The translations under genes were made by a program, and so were the position numbers. A DNA stretch of 64,000 nt from Amoebidium appalachense (taxonomy: Eukaryota; Protista; Ichthyosporea), in contig CAVNZM010000006.1 of the NCBI GenBank assembly GCA_963693365.1, positions 10,543,355-10,607,354 on the forward strand, in the 5' to 3' direction. The stretch's first letter is position 1, and each line of letters opens with the position of its first letter. This document shows positions 1 through 20,323 of this stretch, in pieces. Below the pieces are notes generated by a model. The model did not search any database. It saw only the letters and a list, made by a program, of their open reading frames with translations, and was not told the origin of the DNA.

Positions 1-325
1 CTGGCCGTGACTTGAACAGGCTACTCGCGCCGTCACGGTAGAGCGCGTCTGGGCATGATAGTCGCGGTGGCTAACAACGCCTCTACTGTACTCCCGATTG
101 CACTCGTACCATGATTGTGCAAACACATTTAAAATATTTTTTCTGTAGTGTTCTTAAAACGAGCTTGAGTCAATAACCGAGAGACTTTCTTCGCAAATTA
201 TTCAGTTCAGCAAACTCGAGTACATAAACCGAAGTTCACCGTTACGCCACACCAAGGGTCATAACTGTTGAAAATTCTGCTATGATAACTAATTCAAATC
301 ATTTATTGCATGCTGAGTTCAGAGT

Positions 326-620
326 GTCTTCATTCATCTGTTTCCACTAAGAGTGCACAAAATAAAATCAATCCCCAAGATAATTTCTTCGTAAATTCTG
401 TTAGCAGAAAACACGGAGGAATAATAGTGAAGTTTAATCCGTCTTCATTCGTCTGCCACGGTTTCCACTGAGAGTGCACAAAAAAATTCTTTGCAAATGC
501 AGGTTAGAAAAACACATCTGGTTTTACTAAGAGTGCGCAAAACAAAGTTTATCCCCAAGAGAATTTCTTCGTAAATCCGGGTTAGAAAACACAAGAGCCG
601 TCTTGAACTGAAGTTTATCG
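326..620. repeat. Degenerate tandem repeat (2-3 partial units)
   Basis: Motifs gtcttcattc, ccact(a/g)agagtgcacaaaa, atccccaaga.aatttcttcgtaaat and tgaagttta recur across 326-620. Confidence 0.6.
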
Positions 621-1130
621 TGTGCCACAATACCTTGCGTACCGTACAAGGCCCTCTGATAATCACCAGCGGCTCCGAGTCAGTGTGACTTGAACTGACT
701 GCTGAAGCTTTTAATGTCTTCATTCACGTAATTTGAAGTGCAACGGCATGTACAAATAATTGCAATTCGCAACGAAGTGGCAAGCTTTCACAACGAAAAT
801 CCTGCCTCTATTCACCAGGCCCGGAATCCCTACAGCTGATAACTTTGTCATCGGATAATAATGCGGCGCACACTGTTGAATTCAATTGCAAGCTTCAGTG
901 AAAGCTTTATGGGACTTAGGTGGGGACTTACATTTGCGTTTGCAGCACACGCACACACTGACTGAGTGAACCTTTTTTTATTATTATCAATGGCATCGGT
1001 TTAGCGCTCGGCTTCAAGCCCATTGCGCGACAAAAGTGTGTAACACACAGGCCAAGTGTGACACAAACCACACAGTCTGTCAGACACACACCTGGCAGTG
1101 TACACGTCAAACACCGTGACACGTTTAAAC

Positions 1131-1540
<410 letters not shown>

Positions 1541-2992
1541 CAGCAGCCTAATGGCCACATACAAACACAGTCATACACACACACACTGTTGAAGTACGTA
1601 GTTTGTACATGTGTAAGATCTTTCAGTTTGTGTTTATGATTCAGTTCATAGCATTAATGTAAAAGTCACCCTCCTTGTTCGTAAAATTGTTAATCGATCT
1701 CAAATATGTTTTCGTGTCTGTAATCGTGTCATATTGGGTCTAATCGTGTGTTGATCTAAAGATTAGAATATAGATATGTGCCTGCACGAATCCACTCAGT
1801 AGGAGTGCTCGTGCACATGTTTGTGTGTACATGAATATCTTATGTTGTAACTGTGCTATCGTGTTCATGTTTGTTGTTCTGTGTTCCTCTCTTTTTCTCT
1901 CTTCTCTTCTTCTCTTTTCTTTCCTCCTTTTCCCTGGTGTTCATGTGTGTGATCACTGTTCTTTCTCACTAATATACGTTGAGTCAATTCGTGTGAAGTA
2001 GATGTGTTTTGATTGGAAGAAAAACACATAGGCTACACCATGTACTATTTTATGTGTCAATAGTTTATTCAACTATGTTTGTTTTGCGAATTGCCGCGGT
2101 CTAACCAATCACTAGACTAGTCATAACGTGTCCCTGCCGTTAACCTCAATAATAGGTTAGAAATTAGTGTCAAGGTTTACAGTTTCTTCGTGACTGTGTT
2201 CTTATGCCTTGCCGTGATCTATTGCGAGTGTTGGATCTATTGCTGTAGTGATCAGTCCATTATGATTGGTCTATCCGATATCTATTCTGATTTCCGACTG
2301 GTCGGAAATCACACATAGGTTTGACTTAGTGATTGCAGTTATATAAGCACATCTCAAAATAAATTCAGTTTAGTTGTGTCTAAACATTGATGTCTGTTCT
2401 GTACACTTCTCCGATCGGTTCTGTCTGTGTGTTTGTCTGTGTGTCTGTGGTGTTTTTACACTGCACCACTGTGTCTCTGCTTCCCCGACATAGTCAGAAT
2501 ACTTATACAAATTTACACACACAGTACACACACACACACACACACACATACACACACACACACACACACACGACACGAACAGGCACGGCACACACACGAC
2601 ACACATACAAGGATGCACGGCGCACGCGCACACACACGCGGCACCACACGTCACAAGTCACCACACACTTCAATTGCTTATTAGTAGGATTCCAGATAAT
2701 TTAAAAGTTTAACCGTTGAAAAGTCGTACTAAGTACTCAGTTGTGGCCAAACTTTGAATCCAATGAATCTGAGTACCGCGCAAGTACTTGGCACGACGAC
2801 CGTCCGTGCTGCCGCTAGTACAGTAACTCGAGGCGGCGGCCCGAATTTTTTTGCCAAGCCGACGGTCACGGTTAAGCTATAGGCTGTGTGTGCATAAATA
2901 TCTATGCTAGTGCAGTGTGTAAATGCTGTGGGCCCTTTGTGCACGCATGGTCACCGTGACGGACGCCGTCACAAGTTGGTGTGTGTGTCACA

Positions 2993-3074
<82 letters not shown>

Positions 3075-3950
3075 GTGTGTGTGTGCACGTGTGTGTGTGT
3101 GTGTGTGTGTGTACGGCGGTGTGTGCGGTGTGTCTCACAGTGTGCAGTACGTGTCAGCAGAATCACACAACGTGTGTATGCATGTGGTGAGTGCCACTGG
3201 TGACCCAGTGTGTGGGTGTGGGTAGTGCCACATTGTTCAGTGTGCGTTGCCACGGTGCGGTCCGGCGGTGGGTACCGGGTGTGCCACCTCGGCGGTGTGC
3301 ATGGACGCTAAAACCGTTACCACTGCAAAACTTTTGAAATTCACTCGATCGGTGACCGTCGGCGACTCATCGTTCTAATATAATTACATCCCCCCAGGCC
3401 CTCCCCCCCGAAACACACACACACACACACAGTGTCACATGATTAATTAATCTATATGGGCAACTTGGCAACTTGTGTCACTGACACACACAAGTATTCC
3501 TAAGGTTGCAATCGGAGGAGACACACAAACACAAACACGCACACACACATAGTCACTACTGTACACACACGTGTGCGCAGACGGCGCACCGTGGGACACC
3601 ATCAGTTGAACACTGCATTATCTATATGAGCCCTCAGAGTCTCCTCTGGGCCATCATCCCTCCATTATAACTTCACCGGATGAGAAACTTCAACTCTCAG
3701 GTCTCCCCCTTCTCCCCCAGCTCTTCTTCGGCAACCTAGGCCTCCGTGTCCCCCTGCTCGGGCCTCCCCACCCTCCCCCTGCCCACCCCCATCCCCACCG
3801 GCCCCCCCTCCCTCCCACACACACACTGACACGCAATCGGCACAATCGGATTGTAACCTCATGCCGATGATCACGGTGCCGTGTGGCAGTGTGCGTCTCG
3901 GCCCGCCTGCCCAAACAGTTCTAAGTACACTTCCGGCTACCCCCCCCCTC

Positions 3951-3983
<33 letters not shown>

Positions 3984-4031
3984 TACTGTACCCCACCTCC
4001 TCCGGGGACCCGTCCCAGTACTACTCCGGCA

Positions 4032-4077
<46 letters not shown>

Positions 4078-4145
4078 ACAGTGACTTCCTCACAGTGTTT
4101 TTATATTGTGTTTGTGCAAGTTGGGGATTTTTGGGGCGGGGGCCG

Positions 4146-4180
<35 letters not shown>

Positions 4181-4184
<4 letters not shown>

Positions 4185-4602
4185 GGAGTGTCACTGGCAG
4201 GGAGGCTCGAGGGGGCCCGAAATTTCTCTCGAAATTAAGCAAGTGGCCAACACTGGAATGTCAAGCAGGTGTGTGTCACGTGTGCCAGTGCCACGGTCTG
4301 TGTGTGACACTGTGTTTGTGTGTTTGTGTGTGTGTTAACCGTTTGGGCCCTCCAGGGGGAGGGTTCAACGGGAGGGGGGGGGGGGGGGGGAGGGGGGGGG
4401 GAGGGGGGCTGCTGAGGGGGGGCCGGAGTGTCACTGGCAGGAAGGCTCGAGGGGACCCGAAAGCTCTCCAAATTAATCAAGTGGCCATCACTGGAATGTC
4501 AAGCAGGTGTGTGTCACGTGTGCCAGTGCCACGGATTGTGTGTGACACTGTGTTTGTGTGTTTGTGTTACCCGTTTGGGCCCTCCAGGGGAAGGGTTCAA
4601 CG
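4181..4602 (+). repeat. Direct repeat, two ~185-bp units (period 240) separated by poly-G
   Basis: ggccggagtgtcactggcag...agggttcaacg at 4181-4370 and 4421-4602 with few differences. Confidence 0.9.
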
Positions 4603-4604
4603 TC

Positions 4605-4646
<42 letters not shown>

Positions 4647-4911
4647 GGGTAACTGGTAGAAGATTTGTCATGGTACGGTTTGTGTGTGTGTGCATGTGTG
4701 TGCCACCTACTAGTAGATCCGTCACGGTTAATTACTTCGCGATCATGAGCGCCCAAGGGGCCCAAGTTACAAAACTGAACCGTACTGTATTCACTATCGC
4801 ACTATGTACATACAGCCGACGGTCCAAGTCACAGGTATATATGCATAATAAATATATAACATACAAAGCACGCAATCGCTGTTTCATTTTCAACAATTCG
4901 GAACACAAGTT

Positions 4912-5021
4912 CTAGTAACCTGCCCTCGTTCGAGGGGCCGACGTGCACGGCGCAACACCAGCCCTAGTAACCTGCCCTCGTTCGAGGGGCTGACGTGCAC
5001 GGCGCGACACCAGCCCTCTAG
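4912..5021. repeat. 52-bp tandem duplication with hairpin and CTAG (Helitron 3'-end-like)
   Basis: ctagtaacctgccctcgttcgaggggc(c/t)gacgtgcacggcgc(a/g)acaccagcc at 4912 and 4964; hairpin ccctcg-tt-cgaggg; CTAG at 4912, 4964 and 5018. Confidence 0.7.
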
Positions 5022-5499
5022 GCCGACTGATCACAACCATGATGTGTTAAAGTACTATCATGATGGCTATGTGGCCCCACTCCAATGCATGTTGCACTTA
5101 CTAAGTTTCCCGTATTAGGAATCACGGGCTGGAAGATTATGCATGGTTCTGTGCTTCTAGCCAACCATTAAGTTGCTGTGACCTTTCTGGCATACTATGA
5201 CTTCATGGGCCCACCCCCCCTCCACACCCGGGGTCCCACTTAGCCTCATCGATTTTGGCACAAACTTTGTCCAATGGCATATGTACAGCACGTTAGCCTA
5301 GCCAACAACTCTGAGTGGCCACAGGCAAGAAGCTGGCACAAAACCCTGCTGCAGCATGCCTACGGCGTGGAAATGGTTGTTCTAATAATCAGTGTATGTG
5401 GCACACGTGGTGCTTACTGTCCTCGCTCAAACCGTTGGACCAGTATCATACCATGCATGTGAATACCACTGGTTTCGTGCAATGTGTGTGTGTGTGTGC

Positions 5500-5537
<38 letters not shown>

Positions 5538-5709
5538 CAGCGTGTGTGTGTGTGTATGTGTGCACGCGGCCTGGGCATGTACATGTCAGCACGCATGCAT
5601 GTGGTTGGTGTGTGCGTGTTTAGCTTACCCATGCACTCACGTACACCAGCAGTATCCCTTCCTCCCACGGTAGCAGTGCCACCACATGGCGGTGGCCCGG
5701 AGCCAGTGC

Positions 5710-12846
<7,137 letters not shown>

Positions 12847-13886
12847 GGCGCTGTAGGTCTACGTATAACCTGCAATAATGTGCTCTGCCTCTATATTATT
12901 GTTAACATACATAGACATGTCCTACTGTAATACAAAGTAACAGGTGCAAAAGACACAATGAGCCGTGAAAACGTCGGAGTCGAGACTGTTGACTGTCACA
13001 GACGACCCCACTGTCCACTCCCCACACCAAAGACGATGACGTAGACGACACGTAACACTTTGGGGGATCCGTGCCCATTAATTAGAAATCTAAAAAAAGA
13101 AGTTAACATTAATGATTGGTAAGTACTTAACTAGAAATTGTTAAATAGCTCATTGGTTTCAAGGCTTGAGTAAATAAATGAATTGTTTATAATGTCATCA
13201 AAATCTATTAGTTATTCTCTATCCGCCGGATCTATGTGAGTCAAGCGGCACCTCATGACGGCCGCACACCTTCATTGTCCTTTTGTCATAAGTTAATCTA
13301 TGGCAGTCATTTTAGTTACAGTGTCAAGCCATTATTATTTATAAGTGTGTCTTTGTGTCCTAAATGCACACAAGAGTTTTGCAGAAGACTGTGCCTGACG
13401 GATGTTCCCCTATCGTTATCTACAACCGCAGGAGCCTTTGGTTTATGATTGGTCGGTGGCATAAAAAAGGATCCCCGTAGAATCTGATGTAGTCGGATCT
13501 GTTTTCCCATGTGGAACTACGGCTGAGAGTTAACGTATGTACAGTAGCTGTTACAAATGTCAAGTTGTCAATTTCATAGAACAAAGCCGCTTTCCCAGGA
13601 AAAAAAGACGTGTTGGTTGTGCCCGTGGCGCATTCAATTACATGTAGCTAACGTACCGCGCGGCTCTGCCCTAGCCGCCTGTTTCAAATTGAGCAGCCGT
13701 TTTCTTTTATAGTGCCTATGTGCAAAGACCCCTCAAAGTGGAGCTTGGGTGATCGATATCATTGGTGGTTAGCATTTGGCAACACGTGGCCCATGCCATT
13801 GCTGACCACGTGTTTTCAATAGGCTTGGCACACATATACAGTCAGTACAACATGCACCTGGTATCCACGCGGCCACTGTACAGCCC

Positions 13887-14743
13887 TCTCAGCTGCTGTC
13901 CAATCAAAACCCGTAAATATTTCCAGCATAATGATAACCAATCATGTTCCGGTATGCCCTTTTACGCCGTATGATTGGCTTCTGATCGCACCAAAAGGAA
14001 TAAAGGATTCCTTCACAACCCAACCTCCAGCTAAACAATGCAATATCACAGTTACAACGTGATCTGATTGGTTAACTGCATTCATAAGGGCCGCTTCATA
14101 CTAAACAATGCATGATCAGGCTCAAAACGTGAGCTGATTGGTCCCCACAACGGCTAAGTCAACCAATCAAATAGCTTTAAATAACTACATTGTCATTCAT
14201 CCTTGTCGTTTTGTCATACAGTCTGTCATCCTTGTCGTTTTGTCATACACTGTCATCCTTGTCGGTTTTGTCATACACTGTCATCCTTGTCACATTGTCA
14301 CCCGTTGTCAATCTTGTAACATTGTCAGCCGCTGTCACACACTGTCTGCATCAACAGCCAACCAAACAGCAGCAGCATCTCACCACCACGGAAGCAGCAG
14401 CAGCCCAAACAGCAGCAACAGCTCACCACCATGGCGGCAGCAGCTGCCCAAACAGCAGCAGCAGCTCACCACCACGGCGGCAGCAGCTGCCCAAACAGCA
14501 GCAGCAGCTCACCACCACGACAGCAGCAGCTGCCCAAACAGAAGCAGCAGCTCACCACCACGGCAGCAGCTGCTGCCCAAACAGCAGCAGCAGCTCACTG
14601 ACCAGCACGGCAGCAGCAGCAGCCCAAACAGCAGCAGCAGCTCACCACCACGGCCGCAGCAGCAGCCCAAACAGCAGCACTGCCAGGAGCCTGAGCGCAC
14701 CACCACAGCAGCCGCTACCACCAAACAGCAGCAGCAGCTGACC
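13887..14743 (+). repeat. Left inverted-repeat arm with 27-bp and ~39-bp minisatellites
   Basis: Begins tctcagctgctgtccaatcaaaacccg; contains gtcatccttgtcgttttgtcatacact units and cagcagcagctcaccaccacggcagcagcagctgcccaaa units. Confidence 0.9.
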
Positions 14744-14749
14744 AGGCCA

Positions 14750-15348
14750 CCAGCCCGGCTGAACCGGCGACCCGTACAAACTGCCGGCCCCGGTATGTAC
14801 CGCTGGCCCGCATGAACCGCCGGCTTCTATGAAGCGCCAGCCCGTTTGTGCCGCCAGCCCGTATGAACCACCGGCCCGCATGTACCGCCGGCCTGTATGT
14901 ACCGGCCCCCCGCGGCCTGTATGACCCGCCATCCCGTATGAACCGCCGGCCTGTATGAACCACCAGCAAGTATGTAACCCCGGGCCGGTCCGGCCCGTAT
15001 GACTGCCGGCTGGTATGTGCCACCAGCCCGGGTATGAAACACCGGCCCGTATGAGTCACCGCCCGTCCGAATGAACCACCAGCCCGTATGAACCACCAGG
15101 TCATATGAACCACCGGCCCGTATGATGAACTGCCAGTTCGTATGAACCGCCGGCCCGTATGAACCGTCAATCTGTATGTACTGGTCGGCGGCCCGTATGA
15201 CCTGCCTGCCTGTATGAACCGCCGACCCCGGTATGATCCGCTGGTACCAATGAATCATCCGCCCTTAGTCAAACTGCCGACCCGTATGAACCGCCGTCCC
15301 GTAAAAACTGCCGGCCCATATTGTCGAACCGCCATTCCGTTTGAACCG
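14750..15348 (+). repeat. 17-bp minisatellite (ccgtatgaaccgccggc)n
   Basis: Many degenerate tandem copies; the array resumes at 16068-16115 after the LTR insertion. Confidence 0.9.
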
Positions 15349-16067
15349 CGTATCCTATTGTGTATGTACTAGAGACGCGGCACTCTACTAAGTGTACACA
15401 CACGAAAAGGAACGAACGTGTAGTACGGAAAAACGGTAAAGTTTATTCAGACCAGGCTCCGACGGGCAAAACTTAGATCCGTACGGAATGAGGCTAAGTC
15501 ACAACTGAGGCCATCAAGGCCGTGCCCTCAAAGATCATCATCACCTGGCCCCCCTACGATGCCACATTCCAAACATTCCGATCTACTTTATCGTGCCCCT
15601 GCACGAGCTAAGTCGATCTACTCAAACCAATATATTTATCCATGTCTCACCCCTCACCCTCCCCCTAGTGGCACCGCAGAGTCTAAATCTACATTTCATA
15701 TTATCCCCCCCCCCCTCCCTCCCCCCTTTCCTCTACATCTAAATATATAAATACGTTTGGCAACATACACTATCAAACCTTGCCAATACTTACAAAAGGG
15801 CTTCTGCCCGAACAATCACATTCCTTAGTCCTCCTACGATCTATCCTACACACTAATTAGAATTCTATTGGTCGGCTGCCCCAGCTGACGTGGTCCTGCC
15901 CTGCGCCGGCAGAGGCAAGATGCACGCAGCTGTACAGCTATCTTGAGGCCCCGGGCTTGATCTTGATGATCTGTGGACCCGGGCCACCCCCCCCCCCCCC
16001 CCCCCCCCCCCCCCCGATCTCGATCGTAGACTTAGGCTGATCTGCTGAGACGGATTAGTATATGTCA
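15349..16067 (-). mobile_element. Solo LTR, diverged paralogue of 19016-19789 in opposite orientation
   Basis: Reverse complement aligns along 19016-19782; TGACA start at 16067; AATAAA at 15447-15442; interrupts the 17-bp array; 3' terminus and TSD not clear. Confidence 0.75.
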
Positions 16068-16141
16068 GACACCGCTGGTCCCGAATACGAACCGCCGGCC
16101 CGTATGAACCGGCAGGCCTGTTTGTATACGTATATCAAGTG

Positions 16142-16323
<182 letters not shown>

Positions 16324-16353
16324 GGTTTTTATGCGCCAGATCATTCAGAGCCC

Positions 16354-16734
16354 TCAGCCGCACAGCACACATCCAGAAGCCCCGCAACGACGTCGGGCTC
16401 TTGGCAAAGGGCAATCTTGTGCAGCAATGTGTTTTGTGATAGTAGGCAGAGTCCACCCCGGCCACGCTGTAGCAGACAGTGTAGTGGTGTGTGGGCCCGG
16501 GGCCGTCACACCCAGGTCACCATACAGCTGCTCCACCGCTGCCAGATGCTCGGGCCAATGTTGACGCACCATGTCTAATACCTCCTGCGGGTCCATGGAT
16601 GCTAGCACACACTTTCTGAGGTTGTACTGGTGGCGTAGATCCTTGTGCGTGTACCAGACCGTCGTGAAGCCGAACCCCTTGCTGTTGTTACAGCTGTTAC
16701 ACTTCTTGCTCTTGTGCACCATGGGGGTGCTCAC
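16354..16734 (-). CDS. Small ORF with CxxC motif, unknown function (possibly decayed)
   Basis: Non-repetitive ORF (HKSKKCNSCNN...) divergent from the integrase. Confidence 0.3.
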   Translation of the reverse strand: MSTPMVHKSKKCNSCNNSKGFGFTTVWYTHKDLRHQYNLRKCVLASMDPQEVLDMVRQHWPEHLAAVEQLYGDLGVTAPGPHTTTLSATAWPGWTLPTITKHIAAQDCPLPRARRRCGASGCVLCG

Positions 16735-16850
16735 ACACTGTTCCCACCACGGCCGCGCCCCGGGCAGTGTATCCTAGAGACTCCTTTGTGTCATGACGCA
16801 GATATTAACTACGGCTCCAAACTTTAATACCTTTATGACATGAACAAAGG

Positions 16851-18000
16851 ATGGCCAGGGTGGCGCCCGAGGATGAGTGGGAGAGGCTCCCGGAGGTGCC
16901 CTACCCGGTGGCCCAGGACGACCCTGACCCGATGAGAGGCACGAAATGGACCAGTCCAAGCGTGACCGGATGCAGACCACCATCGTACATTCGCCGCACA
17001 CGCTCTACGCCGACATGCTTGAGGTCACACGGTGGCGGTACACACCCGTGGTGGTGGAGAGCGATGCGGACGGTGAGCGGTCCGTGCGGGGCCGACCAGT
17101 GTGACGGTCGAACTCAGACCATTAACGTCGGTTGCCAACGCTTCCTGACGGTGGTAGACCCCCTGTCCAAGCGGGGTGGGTGGGAGCCGGTGGCCTCCCG
17201 TAGCAGCGCCCACGCACTTGAGGCCTTCCGCAGGGTTCTGGACAGGCTTTATCGGTACCAGGCCGTGGCCAGGTCGGCCCTTAATGAATCAAACGGCACG
17301 AGTCCTCAATCTGGGCCACCGATTACGGCCGCCACGATTCAGTCAGGCTGTACACGGACGCAGGCTCCGAGTTCCACGGCAACTTCCATCGCAAGGTGAC
17401 ACAGGACTTGCACATGGAGCACTGCGTGGCACCGCATGCCTGTGCGCAACCCCGCACGCTTGGCCGTGCGAAAAAACGCTGAGTCAGGTCAGGAGTACGA
17501 GTGGCGGACGCCCAGGCAGGGGACAAGCACTACACGGCTGCAATAGAGTCCTTTAACCACGTCCACCGTACGGCCATGGCCAAGCGGTTTACCTCCATGG
17601 GGTACACACACGAGTCATTCAATCTTGTGGGCGGGGTGGCCGGAGCCGCGCCTGCGTACCTGGTGTTGGAGCTAGAGTACAACATGCGCCGTCACTCTAT
17701 GTACGTAAAGGCTGCTGCCGTGACGGTGACCTGAGGAACGGCGAGCGCAGGATGGTGCCGATAGTGCTGTTCAACTGACGCCTGGCCCAAGAGGTAAAGT
17801 TCTACACGCTTCGGCCTGACGACCCCGTGGATGCTCGCACCGATGCGTTCCTGTACAGACCTGACGGCAACATGGCCAATAAGCGATCCATGGATCCCAA
17901 TGCACCTCCCGAAGAGTGGGACGACCGGAACTTTGAGGTGGCTGAAGGCATTGATGACAACAAGCGTTCTAAATACACTGTACGGTGCCTGCAAGACATG
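16851..18000 (+). pseudogene. Frameshifted DDE retroviral-type (rve) integrase, Polinton/Maverick-like
   Basis: Ordered motifs in shifting frames: TLYADML (D1, ~17000); FLTVVDPLSKRGGWEPV...EAFRRVL; RLYTDAGSEF (D2, ~17350); AIESFNHVHR (E, ~17545); YNMRRHS; C-terminal PEEWDDRNFEV...YTVRCL. Confidence 0.8.
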
Positions 18001-18470
18001 CAGATCTCTACCTACGCCACCCCGGGGACCTCCGTCCTGCGCCCCCGGCTGCGAACCCGCCTGCAGCCCTTGTCACTGACCACGAAGATGGCCGCACAGT
18101 GGTCGGGCGCCAGGACGCCAGGCGGCTGTGAACCGCATGAACGAGGCCGACAGGCAGCTACATGCGGCCAACATCCTCACAAGGCTGCGGTCAGTTAGGC
18201 GGCCCCGACCCATGCAGGGTGGTGACGCGCACCAGCCACCGTGACCGGCATCGGTCCTGCAACGTCTGAGGCCGCGGAAGCCCCGGGCTCCGGGCGGGGA
18301 TGCCCGTCGCAACGGTTGACCAAACTTTGAACGTGAACAGTGGTAGGGTGCCACTGAGTTTTTTGTGTGAGTCTGACGTTAAACTTTTGCCATGACATGA
18401 GACGGTGTCCTGGTAAAGTTTTCTCGGAACCAACTATCAAAACCAGGTGCTGTGGCCACCATCCCGGGCC

Positions 18471-18836
18471 ATGATGAATGTCGCTGCTGACCATCGCACT
18501 GCTCAACTTGGTGCACCGGCGGGCAAGCATGATCTGCCAGTGGGTCAGCTTACCAAAGATGCCAAGAAGTTTTTAACCATACCCAAAGGGCACGCCCGAA
18601 ACCTTGCCAGGGAGGGTATTGTTCAACGCATGCGAGCGATGGGTATTACAGTGGTTGATCTCGGGGATGGGAGGTCATTGGGCCTCAACAAGGTGACGTG
18701 CAGGCAGAACATTGGAATGAGTGGGATCCGTGAGGTTGTGGTTGCGTACTTCCAGAGTTATCCAACCCCTACTGCCGACACATGGAAGCCTCACGCACGT
18801 GCTATCTACGTACGAGCTGTTTGTGCTTGGACGTGA
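18471..18836 (+). CDS. Small hypothetical protein, pattern reminiscent of the NCLDV DUF5760 family
   Basis: IVQRMRAMGITVVDLGDGRSLGLNK...IREVVVAYF; the resemblance is from memory and unverified. Confidence 0.35.
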   Translation: MMNVAADHRTAQLGAPAGKHDLPVGQLTKDAKKFLTIPKGHARNLAREGIVQRMRAMGITVVDLGDGRSLGLNKVTCRQNIGMSGIREVVVAYFQSYPTPTADTWKPHARAIYVRAVCAWT

Positions 18837-18909
18837 CCCCAACTTGAACGTTCATCATCTCTGGGCAGTGCCGAAGGCCCAAGCATTGCTTCACTAGCAG
18901 ACAGTACGG

Positions 18910-19066
18910 ATGACCACTGGCAGGATGCTAGCCCGTCATGCCCCTGTGGCGGCGACGTCCTTGGCAGTGGACTGCGCCACAGCTACCATGGAACTGCAGA
19001 CCCCTATTCAGACTGTGACATATGCTAATCCGTCTCAGCAGATCATCCTAAGCCAACGATCAAGAT

Positions 19067-19125
<59 letters not shown>

Positions 19126-20108
19126 CGGGTCCACAGGTCATCAAGATCAAGTCCGGGGCCTCAAAATCAGCTGTACAGCTGCGGGCATCTTGTCTCTGCA
19201 GGCACAGGGCAGGACCACGTCAGCCTGGAGCAGCCGACCAATAGGAGTAGTGATAGTGTATACTGATAGATCTTAGGAGGACTTAGGAATGCACTAAGTT
19301 CGGGCAGATGCCCTGGTAAATATTGGCAAGTTCTGATAGTAATCTGCCAAAGGTGTATATATATATATTTTGATGTACAGGAAGGGAGTAGAGGGGGGGG
19401 GGGGGGAGGGGGGGGGAGATAGTATAACATGTAGACTTAGACTCCGCGGTGCCACTAGGGGGAGGGAGAGGGAAGAGACAAAGATATGTATATTAGAGTG
19501 AGCCGATAGACTTAGCTCGTGCAGGCACACGATAGAGTTCATTAGATCGGAATGCATGGAATGTGGCATCGTGGGGGGGCCGGGTGATGATGATCTTTGA
19601 GGGCACGGCCTTGATGACCACAGTTGTGACTTAGCTTGGTTCCGTTTGGATCTCAGGTTGGCAGTTGGAGCCTGGCCTAGAATAAACTTTGCCGTTTTTT
19701 TCGTACACGTCACGTTCCTTTCCGTGTATGTACAATTAGAAGAGTGCCGGCGCGTCTCTTAGTACACGCATAGTAGGATACGACAGACAGACTGAAGCCA
19801 AAGAAAGTGCTGTGTCAGCTGCCAGTGTGCCTGACCGGGACACCGCTAAGTCACCTAGGCGAGCCTCCGGCGACCAGGAGCCGGAGGTCGCACCGCCGCG
19901 TAGAAGATCAAACAATGATCGTAAGCGGGTTCATGGTGCTTCCAAAGGAGAGGGCCGTTCCCGTGATGGCCATGCATCAGTGGCAGTCCCAAAACCCTCT
20001 AAACCCCCGGGACCCGGTGGCAGGCATGCCATATACGACGACGCTGGCGATTGGCCAACCTCTATCGGCACCCCAACTCTGACTGAGGTAGAAGAAGACT
20101 TACAATGA
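18910..20108 (+). pseudogene. ORF interrupted by the solo LTR
   Basis: Removing 19016-19794 joins ...TPIQT in frame to EAKESAVSAASVPDRD..., the ORF starting at 19812. Confidence 0.6.
19016..19789 (+). mobile_element. Solo LTR (774 bp) with 5-bp TSD
   Basis: TG...CA ends (TGACA...AGACA); TSD GACTG at 19011-19015 and 19790-19794; TATA-like run ~19356; AATAAA at 19681. Confidence 0.85.
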
Positions 20109-20323
20109 CAATGATGATCACACTATCCTCCGGTGTATGCTGACGGCTCTGTGGTTCCTCGGAAGTCTGAAATGAAGAAGAAACTCAAGGCCCGTGACCA
20201 GCAGTATCTTTGATTCCGTCCGCAGAGGCTGCTGCTGCTCATCTCTGTTGGTCGGCTGCGGCAGCTGTCACGTGTGCAGTTTGCCACTGGGTGTCTACGG
20301 CTGCTGCCTGGGTGGACCAAACA

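Noticed and set aside
14138-14815. Poly-Q/A/S ORFs (also 20403-21077)
   Set aside because: Open in several frames because of the 39-bp minisatellite in the inverted arms; no coding signal.
14360-15348. CRISPR-like periodic arrays
   Set aside because: Head-to-tail minisatellites with no unique spacers, no cas genes, and a eukaryotic context.
16354-16734. Fanzor/TnpB C-terminus (CNSC...HKDLRHQYNL vs RDxNAAxNI)
   Set aside because: Only a vague resemblance; no RuvC-I/II motifs and no room for them upstream.
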